From: Eledone cirrhosa
Taxonomy: Eukaryota
Assembly (NCBI GenBank): GCA_964016885.1
Contig: OZ024740.1
Coordinates: 313,162,001-313,226,000 of the forward strand
Reading direction: 5' to 3'
Length of the DNA: 64,000 bases
Of the stretch, positions 50,780-64,000 are shown in pieces. The notes beneath the pieces are model-generated. The model searched no databases. It saw only the letters and a program-made list of their open reading frames with translations, and had not been told where the DNA came from. Numbering within the stretch: position 1 is the stretch's first letter; each line of letters starts with the position of its first letter. A program made the position numbers and the translations under genes.

Positions 50780-52910
50780 CCCAGTACCTAGTCCACACTG
50801 TAAATATGGTTGGTGTTAGGAAAGATATCCAGCCATAGAAACCAAACCAGAAAGAGTTCTGTGTGAGCAAGACATCTGATTTGTCTAACAACGGGACAAC
50901 GCATCTAACCCATGCTAGCTTGGTAAAAATGGACGTTAAACAGTGATGATGATAGCTATATAAAGAAATGCAGAGAAATCTCATTTGATGGGATTTGTGG
51001 AAGAGATGGAATGAAGTAGTGAAGACTGAAATTAGGAAGCTGAATTTTATGTCAGAGATAACAAAGACTGTGATGATTGATGACATGTAGTGCTAGGGAA
51101 GACTTGCATACCAGCATAAATATATGGTCTAATCTACACATCCACTACACTGTCATTCTTAGAAACTACTCTCACCATCACTGTATACCCCTCAAACTCT
51201 AATCATGATCCCCCACTCCTTTCCACACTCTCATTACCCCGTCAAACCCCCACCACACCTGTCTTACATCCATGACATACTTTGATGTGAAGGAGAGGGG
51301 TGAACAAACTTGTAATTTCCCAGCTTCTATCACTCATGATATACCAATCATCCTTCTTATATCCTCCATCAATGGCATGACAACCTCTCTAGTGTTGGTG
51401 ATCTACATGATGACTCAATACACCCTGTAAAGTGGTTGGAGAGATCACATGCATGGATAAAGTAACAGGTAGGTCTTCTTCAGTACAGCATATTGCCAAT
51501 ACTCCTAGCCTTTTGTCCATGCCATTGTGAGGTTCAGCTGCTTAAGATTAGTCTTCACTACTTAATCCTATGTCTTACTAAATCTACCGCTTCTAGGAGT
51601 CCATCCACTGAGATTTCTCTACAACTGTACTTTAAGTTCATCACTGCACTCATTGCCAATCCTCACCTTGCTGTTTGCATCTTTATGCATGGCTTGTATG
51701 GCCTTCACAAGCCCTTCATCTGCATCTAGCTTCTTGAGAGCCCACCAGATTACAGATCTTGAGAACCTGTTGATGGTTTTCTAGATAAACAAATGTTAGA
51801 TACAGAAGTTTACTATTAGCTAAGTATTTCTCCTATAGTTGTCTCACAAGGAAAAGGTCATTGGTGGTACCCCTACCTGGCAAAAAGCCAAACTGCATCT
51901 CATCTGGCTTGATTCAATCTCCAATTAGTTGTGCTTTAACCCATTCAATAACGTTTATGACAAGGTCCATCAACTTGACACTTCTATAGTTACCTCTCTA
52001 TAGTGCATTCCTTTACCCTAGTAGCAGCTCAAAATGATATTACTGTAGCAGTCACTGGGTATCACACTCTCCTGTACTAATACTTGATTAATTATGTGTC
52101 TGAGTAACACATAACCTACCATACCAGGCGTTTTTAGCATCTCAGCAACTATTCCAGATGGTCCAACTGCCATCTCTACTTTCATAACTAATTACTTTGT
52201 CCATCACACTGCTGACAACCTTTATTGCTGGCTCCTCAGTTGGGTCTAAATAGGGTAGGTCCTCACTGTGCCATTTATTCTTTTCATTCGATAGTTTCTC
52301 ATAAGACTTCCGTGCCTCTTTCTTTTCAACATCAGTACAGGCAAGTACTCCACTATCATTTCGGACACATTTTTCCCCACCATGTCCCAATTTTCTCTAA
52401 AACACACAAAACAATTTCTACCTCTGATCCTCATAACAGTGCAAACTTCATTTCTGCTTCTACCTTTGCTAAGAATACCTACCCTTGCTAAGAATACCTA
52501 CTCTGGTTAAGAATACCTGTCCTTGCCAAGAATACCTGTCTTCTAGACTCTCTTTGTACTATTCATATTGCTCTCTCGCTCTTACTTCTTTACCTGTCTT
52601 TTCAGGCATCTCTGTTCACTTCTATTGCTCTATCTATCCTATTATTCTATCACCACATCCCTTTCTATCTTGTTGGGACCTTGCTGCAGCCACAGACCTG
52701 CTATGTAGCCCTCAGGAGGTTGTCTTGTAGAAATTCCCAATTCCCTTTCTATAGTTTTCCAATTCTTCTTCCTTATTGTCATATCCATTAAGTAGGATTT
52801 CTCTAAATTTGTTGCCAACAGAATTATTTCAGCTCTCATGTCCTTCTTTTAAAGACTGACTTTTGTCACCAAGTTCATTAGGTCCTTATCCTAAGGTCGC
52901 TAACAACTAA
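50780..52910 (-). mobile_element. Decayed RTE LINE fragments
   Basis: (GAT)n tail module plus RT-proximal homology (QFGFLPGRG, DLVINVIE, CVRNDSGVLA). Confidence 0.7.
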
Positions 52911-53034
52911 TTTATGTATGTATACATGAACTTCAAGTCCAGTTGTATTCATAGGTTATAAAAGGCAAGAAGGGTGAGGTGGGGGAGAAAAAGCCTTATC
53001 AAACATACCAGTAACATTACCCAGTAAACCTCAC

Positions 53035-53076
53035 CTTTGCACAATCTGTGGACTTGTTTTCAAATTCTTGGCAGGA
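53035..53076 (-). CDS. Candidate 42-nt upstream exon of the Kelch gene (SCQEFENKSTDCAK)
   Basis: Strong donor AAG|GTGAGG, possible acceptor acattttAG, phase 0-0 compatible with the big exon. No homology evidence. Confidence 0.3.
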
Positions 53077-53232
53077 CTAAAATGTCATGTCTGATATAAA
53101 CGTCCAAACTGAATGAACTGAATAGATTGTTCAGATCCTCATACATCAAAATCTATGGGAGAGTCCATCATATGAATATATATATATATTAATTCAAATA
53201 TTAACAAAATAGATATTCTTGTGATCAATTAA

Positions 53233-53297
53233 ATTTTATTATACATATTTCAGAGGTACCGAATCAAGTTCAACAGTACGTCCTCATCAGATAAAAT
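53233..53297 (-). ncRNA. Hammerhead motif, left arm
   Basis: Minus strand attttat-CTGATGA-ggacgtactg...cggtacctct-GAAA-tatgta-TA-ataaaat. Confidence 0.8.
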
Positions 53298-54023
53298 AAT
53301 GATACATGACATACCCCGACATGTTAGATGGTTCAGATTTAATCAAGGTAGTGATTAACTTATGAGAAAACTCAATATTTATACCCTAATATTGAGAACA
53401 TGTGAAAACGTAATAGAATCAATAGAGAGAGTGTGATTAAGAAAAACATTGCCTTAATGCAACAGTTATAGAATTTTTAAAATTTGAAATACTACTATAG
53501 AACTTTGCTGTAGAGGAAAGTATAGAGGAAGACGTATCTGGAGTTATAATTTATTTAGTATTTAGCTTTAGAAGACAAATGACATAATTAAAGAGAGGGA
53601 GAGACAAAGGGGAGTAATTTATGCTCAAATTTCTTTAGACACACAAACATATTGATGGTTAAATTTCAAAATATTTAATTTATGCTATTTCAGGGTAAAG
53701 AATCAAAATTTTAGGTTTTAAAAGTTGATGGTTATTTGTATTAATTTTATAATATAATTATGTTAAATTTCTAAAATTCAAAGTTTTATGAAGATACATT
53801 TAAAGGATTTAAGAAGCCTGCGAAAGAAAGAAAATATAATGTTCAATATTTCCACAAAGCTAATCTTTAACAAAATTACTTGTAACACTGACAACATTTT
53901 CTATAATATAATTTATGAGATATTTATAGTTATAACTATTAAGGAATTTATTGTTAAATAGTTATAGTGCCTAAAGTATTAGCAGGTCATATAATTAAAC
54001 CTAAAGTAGTCAGAGTTTTCAGC

Positions 54024-54054
<31 letters not shown>

Positions 54055-55029
54055 ATTGATCATAATATCAGGACTATAATTTATTATTTGTTCATATATT
54101 GTATTAAGTAATTATATTAGTTCTACCTTCTAGGGAAAACCGAACTCTAATTATGATTATGTTATTATACAATTTAAATATATTTGTACAAACTATATAT
54201 AGAGATATACCGATTATGTTATTACACTAGATAAAGATATTTGCACAAACTATACATTGATATACTAGATATTAATGAGACGGTATATATATATACATAA
54301 AAATCAAAGCGCAAAACCAACTTTCTCTAATATTCTCTAATATTGTTTGTTAAATATACATAAAAAGCAAAGCGCAAAACCAACTTTCTTTCAGAAAGTT
54401 GGTTTTGCGCTTTGCTTTTTATGTATATTTAACAAACAATATTAGCAGGCAAATATTGGTTTATCTCTCCACTGAACTGGAGGTAGAACTATTAACAGTG
54501 TTTGTAATCGCTATGTTTTATTGGATATATACCGTCTCATTAATATCTAGTATATCAATGTATAGTTTGTGCAAATATCTTTATCTAGTGTAATAACATA
54601 ATCGTAGTTACACATATATGAAACTACTAACAAAGATTATAATCATTATTCTTTATTAAATGTATACCGTCTCATTAATACTTAGTATATCTCTATATAT
54701 AGTTTGTACACATATGTTTATATTGTATAATAACATAGTTATAGTTACAGTTCGGTATATCTCTATATATAGTTTGTACAAATATATTTATATTGTATGA
54801 TAACATAATCATAATTAGAGTTCGGTTTTCCCTAGAAGGTAGAACTAATATAATTACTTAATATAATATATGAACAAATAATAAATTATAGTCCTGATAT
54901 TATGATCAATACATACACACATATATATATATATATAGCTGAAAACTGACTACTTTAGGTTTAATTATAAGACCTGCTAATACTTTAGGCACTATAACTA
55001 TTTAACAGTAAATTCCTTAATAGTTATAA

Positions 55030-56098
55030 TAATAATGAAATTATTGTGTACAGTGCTCAGGTGCACTACAACTCATCAAAGGTGCATGTATAGTACATAG
55101 AATAATGTACAAATGTCAGGAAAATAAACAGTGTATGAGTCATGATATAATAACAATAACAATAATGAAATATTGTGTACAGTGCCCAGGTGCACCACAA
55201 CTCATCAAAAAAGTGCATGTACAGTACATAGGGCAATGCACAAACATCAGTAAAATGAACAGTGCACGAGTCATGATACACACATGTGTGCATGTGTATG
55301 GAAGGGGTACATCAGGTGTAGTTTTGGCGTATTTCGGGAAGCATGAGTGTCTCGGCAGCTAACAATTGACGCAGGCAGTTTGTTCCATGCTTCAGCAACT
55401 CTGAGCGTGAAAAAATGTCTGCGAAAGTCATGGGAGCTGTGCTGTTTTCTTATCTTGTAGGCATGTCCACGTGTGTTAGACACATGGAGATCAAAGAGGC
55501 GCTCAGGGTTGCAGTTGGCGAGATGGTTAAAAACTTTGTGGGTATTCACCAAGTCCATTGCCAGACGTCGGAGCTTCAATGAATCCATGCCCAGGGAAGC
55601 AAGGCGTTCAGAGTATGGTAGGTGTCTGATGGAGGGTATGCGCTTGGTTGCACGTCTCTGAACAGTTTCCAGGAGGTCAATGTTCCGAGCAAGATAGGGG
55701 TTCCAGACTGATGATGCGAATTCCAAGTGTGGTCGCACCATAGCTGTATACAGTTTTAAATAGATGGCTGGAGAGCGGCTAACAAAGGTCTTGCTGAGTG
55801 ATGCCAAGACACCCTCGGCCTTCTTGACAATCTTAGAGACATGCTTTGTCCAACGCAAATCGTTGCTGACAGTAATGCCCAGGTCACGTTCACAAGAGGA
55901 CTTTTTGATGTCAGTGTTGTGGAGGGAGTATGTGGACGCTGGATTTTTCCTTCCAAAATGCATGGTGGTACACTTGTCCACAGCCAGCTTCAGTTGCCAG
56001 TCTGTGATCCATTGCTGCATTGTGTCCAGGTCTGATTGTAGGAAAGAGTTGTAAATTTCAGGATCAGTCCTTTTGATTTCAAGGTACAGCTTGATGTC
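55030..56098 (-). mobile_element. 5'-truncated CR1-type LINE inserted in the right arm of the palindrome
   Basis: Open ORF (ERDLG, LY..MVRPHLE..SSVWNP, LE.VQRRATK, L..RR), (ATT)n tail, duplicated 3' UTR, 4-bp ATAA at both junctions. Tail fragments also at 25361, 42865 and 44700. Confidence 0.95.
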
Positions 56099-56737
56099 AT
56101 AACTATAAATATCTCATAAATTATATTATAGAAAATGTTGTCAGTGTTACAAGTAATTTTGTTAAAGATTACCTTTGTGGAAATATTGAACATTATATTT
56201 TCTTTCTTTCGCAGGCTTCGTAAATCCTTTAAATGTGTCTTCATAAAACTTTGAATTTTAGAAATTTAACATAATTATATTATAAAATTAATACAAATAA
56301 CCAACTTTTAAAACCTAAAATTTTAATTCTTTACCCTGAAATAGCATAAATTAAATATTTTGAAATTTAACCATCAATATATGTTTATGTGTGTCTAAAG
56401 AAATTTGAGCATAAATTACTCCCCTTTGTCTCTCCATCTCTTTAATTATGTCATTTGTCTTCTAAAGCTAAATACTAAATAAATTATAACTCCAGATACG
56501 TCTTCCTCTATACTTTCCTCTACAGCAAAGTTCTATAGTAGTATTTCAAATTTTAAAAATTCTATAACTGTTGCATTAAGGCAATGTTTTTCTTAATCAC
56601 ACTCTCTCTATTGATTCTATTACGTTTTCTCATGTTCTCAATATTAGGGTATAAATATTGAGTTTTCTCATAAGTTAATCACTACCTTGATTAAATCTGA
56701 ACCATCTAACATGTCAGGGTATGTCATGTATCATTTT

Positions 56738-56802
56738 ATTTTATCTGATGAGGACGTACTGTTGAACTTGATTCAGTACCTCTGAAATATGTATAATAAA
56801 AT
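56738..56802 (+). ncRNA. Hammerhead motif, right arm
   Basis: attttat-CTGATGA-ggacgtactg/ttgaacttgatt/cagtacctct-GAAA-tatgta-TA-ataaaat; predicted cut after 56795. Confidence 0.85.
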
Positions 56803-56943
56803 TTAATTGATCACAAGAATATCTATTTTGTTAATATTTGAATTAATATTAATAACTCTGGAAAATCTCCTTTGTAGAGTGCTTCCAATCTACTGTAAAA
56901 CTCATTCTTTGATGTACTCATTGAATCTTGTTTAACTCTTTAA

Positions 56944-61075
<4,132 letters not shown>

Positions 61076-61615
61076 AAGTGTGCGTGTCATTTTACATTCA
61101 TTTTTCATGCTGGTTTTCATGTATGGGTTGGGCAGATCATCACAATCTGAAACTAGACTGATCAGATAACCCTGCCTTGCTCATATGTTCTACATTTGGG
61201 AATTTTCGTTATGGCTGGATACCCTTCCTAACACAAACTATTGTATAGAGTGTGCTGGATGCATGTTATTGTGACACCATCACTAGCATTTTAAAAAGTG
61301 CACTGAGTGTATTCTATCATGTCACCAGCACTAGGGAGGTTTTCGAGTCATGGACAGTAGCAAAAGATCCTCTCAACTCTGTTTTCTATTTTGACTTGGT
61401 TCATTCTACAGCCACAAAGTTAGTATGTATGTGTATATATATATATATATATATAAATTATTAGTACAAATTAAAGTTTAAGCAAAGAATTGTTGCTTTC
61501 ACCTTTTTTTGGGGTCTTCTGAAACTCAGTTTCAAAAGGTCCTGTAAAATAATCCTTATCGAGCCCTCTTCAGATTTTAGTGTTCATAATTATTATTGAT
61601 ATATATATATATATA

Positions 61616-62278
61616 GTGCAAATTTAGACGGGAACAAAACAGAGAGGGAGACAAATAAAGGTTTATTAGGTTCACGCTCTTGAGAGTGGGGGGGGGGGGT
61701 ACGACGTTTCGGGCATAAGCCCTTCTTCAGGAGTAAATAGGTTAGGAAGAGAGTTCCGAGGGTGTGTGGAAATACATTTAGAAAAAAGGGGGAAGGAGAA
61801 CAAATAAAAATAAAAATAAACGTAAAAATAAACATAAGAATAAACAATAAGATGAACAAGTGGTGAAAGGGTGTGAGGCGTGTAAGGGTGGTGGCAGATG
61901 GGGTTGGGAGAGAGAGGCGGGGGTTCGAAGCGGGGAAGGCTGAAGGTGGTGTTTGTGTATGTGGGTAGGTGTACGTGAGTGTATGTGCGTGGGGTGGGGT
62001 GTAAGCTGGTGTGTGCATGCGTGTGGAAGGAGAGGGGTCAGGGGGTGGGAGAGGTGGCGTGTGGATTCCGGAGGTTGACTGTGTATATGTAGGGCTACGC
62101 ACGTGTGTGTTTGTGTTTATATGTGGTGTGGATGTGGTTGGCGTGGTGCGAAAAAAAATGTGAGTATGTTCATGGGTAAGTTCCTGAGGTAGTTCCGTTG
62201 AGAGTGTGAAGAGATGCTGGATATTTTTCATGTTATGGAGTGGATGGCTGGAGAGATACCCGATAGTGTAGAATCTAT
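61616..62278 (-). mobile_element. Internally deleted Penelope-like element 3' end
   Basis: Decayed YL.SSHPLH..KNI (RT thumb-like) and PHINTNTHV.SP (linker-like) motifs; pLTR hammerhead-like core CTGAAGA-a-gggc/ttat/gccc-GAAACGTC at 61703-61730; (TA)n flank. Confidence 0.7.
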
Positions 62279-62713
62279 ACACTCATATATACATATACAC
62301 TCATATAAACACAGACACATGCCCCACCTCCACACACATGTATGTATCGTTATACAACAAAAATTATTTGAAGTAGATTCCTGATATGCTTATATTGACA
62401 TTTCAAAGCATTATTCGGCAAATAAAGACATTTACGTATTGATATATACCAGTGAAGCAAATATTTTTCAGTTACATATCCTACCAAGCAATATTCACTC
62501 TACATTCATTTTATATACCTATATTGTACACATATATATAATTGTTTCTACTTTTGGCACAAGGCCAGCAATTACCAGTGCATTACTGGTACTTTATTTT
62601 ATCGACCTCGGCGGGATTTGAACTGAGAATGTAGTTATATATATAATATATGTATTTAACCCATGCTAGCATGGAAAATGGACATTAAATGACGATGGTG
62701 ATAATGATATATA

Positions 62714-63275
62714 CAGGGTTGGACAAAATAATGGAAACACCCTGCATCATAGCATCATAATTTTGAAATATCTATAAAACCGTCAAAAGCTTGTTTATTT
62801 TTATTGTTCTCGAGGTGGTCATTAAGCTCTGCAGTAATTTTGGGAGCTGTACTTTTGTGATCCTTTCTAACAATTCGCGTAAGAGTCCGACGGTGCCTAT
62901 CTGAAAGTTTTGGTTTTCTTCCGGAGTTTTGTTTCCACGAGGAGGTTTTCTCCTATTTCTCAAAGGCTGTCATTACTTTCGAGACAGCACTTCTTGATAC
63001 ACCAAACATTTCGGCTGTTTTCGTTACGCTAGCGTCTGGCATACGAACACCAACAATTTGACCTCTTTGAAAGTCCTATAGATCTGTCATTTTAATGAAT
63101 TTTAATTACCTTTTTCTGATATCTGAAAAGAAACAGCAATTTTAACAAAACATTGAGCAACACTAATAATAAATCAACAAACATAAAAAATAAACAAGCT
63201 TTTGACAGTTTTATAGATATTTCAAAATTATGATGCTATTATGCTAGGTGTTTCCATTATTTTGTCCAACTCCTG
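62714..63275 (-). mobile_element. Internally deleted Tc1-like transposon
   Basis: ~90-bp TIRs TA-CAGGGTTGGACAAAATAATGGAAACACC. Transposase N-terminus MTDL*DFQRGQIVG...SGRKPKLSDR from 63090. Confidence 0.92.
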
Positions 63276-64000
63276 TATATATATATATATATGGATCTGT
63301 AATTTCTGAGGGAGTCGTAGGGGTGCCATATTGACATACGGCATTCCTAGGACATTTAAAAAAAAAACTTGGTGGAGCCCACCCCTCTCCAGGTCTAAAT
63401 ATAGCAGATTTCTTCCAGAGAAGGACAGAGAGTGAGAGAATGAAAGTGAGAAAAAAGATATAGAGGAAGAATTGACCCCAGTACTAAACTGGTACTTTTT
63501 TATTGACTTTGAATGGATGAAAGCAAAGTTGACCGTGGCAGGATTTGAACTGAAAGAGCAGAGAGCTGAAACAAATATGCAAAGCATGTTATTCAACATT
63601 CTAATGACTGCCACTTCACTGCCTCATTATATAACCATATATTGTCTGTCTTGAGGCAAAGCATCCTCCCTTCTCATTCTCCACATAGGAAGTAAAGAGG
63701 GCTTTTCAGCCAAGTCATTGATGATTACCAACAATCTCCATTGTGCTGGTGCCATGATAAAATGCACCCAGTACACACTGTAAAATGGTTAATGATAGGA
63801 AGGGCACCCAGTTGTAGAAACCATGCCAAGACCTGTATGTACAAAACATGGGCTCCAGACATCTGGGAGGACAGCTTCAATTAAGTACTGTCTTGGTAAT
63901 TTTTCTAGGTTGTCTCCATTTCTTTTTTTAAAAACCAGAATTAGTCATTTAGTTTACATATTGGGACCCCCTTCCCCCATGTAATTTTTTTGTCATGCAT

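Larger units (their letters stand above)
53186..56943 (+). mobile_element. Giant fold-back hammerhead-bearing element, same family as 3774-4121
   Basis: Left arm 53186-54389 pairs with 54392-55029 plus 56099-56849. Centre gcgcaaaaccaactttct-tt-c-agaaagttggttttgcgc. Unique 3' tail 56850-56943; (TA)n flanks. Confidence 0.9.

Noticed and set aside
53186-56849. Giant palindrome as a fold-back read or assembly chimera
   Set aside because: The arms differ by substitutions and indels, one arm alone carries a LINE, and the same architecture recurs at 3774-4121.

Overview
AT-rich, repeat-dense animal genomic DNA. The SINE families and (TA)n load suggest an octopod cephalopod (inference). Two convergent host genes are visible. 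On + is a complete 4-exon NOPCHAP1/C12orf45-like gene (2765-27932, 151 aa). On - is a BTB-BACK-Kelch gene whose coding region lies almost entirely in one exon (37139-38926). The rest is mostly mobile DNA: RTE, CR1-type, CRE, HERO-like and L1/Tx1 LINE pieces, tRNA-derived SINEs, Tc1/mariner and pogo-type MITEs, Helitron remnants, minisatellites and a 4.1-kb (TA)n array. The most striking signal is a set of non-coding, (TA)n-embedded fold-back elements carrying minimal type-I hammerhead ribozyme motifs (CTGATGA-stem II-GAAA-palindromic stem III). Their stems covary between divergent copies. They include a ~350-bp version and a 3.7-kb palindrome, and the inverted arms of both stop at the same nucleotide. 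This is Penelope-like (PLE) pseudo-LTR/retrozyme-type architecture. Several further hammerhead classes and PLE remnants occur in the window. All calls come from reading the sequence by eye; no searches or folding were run.
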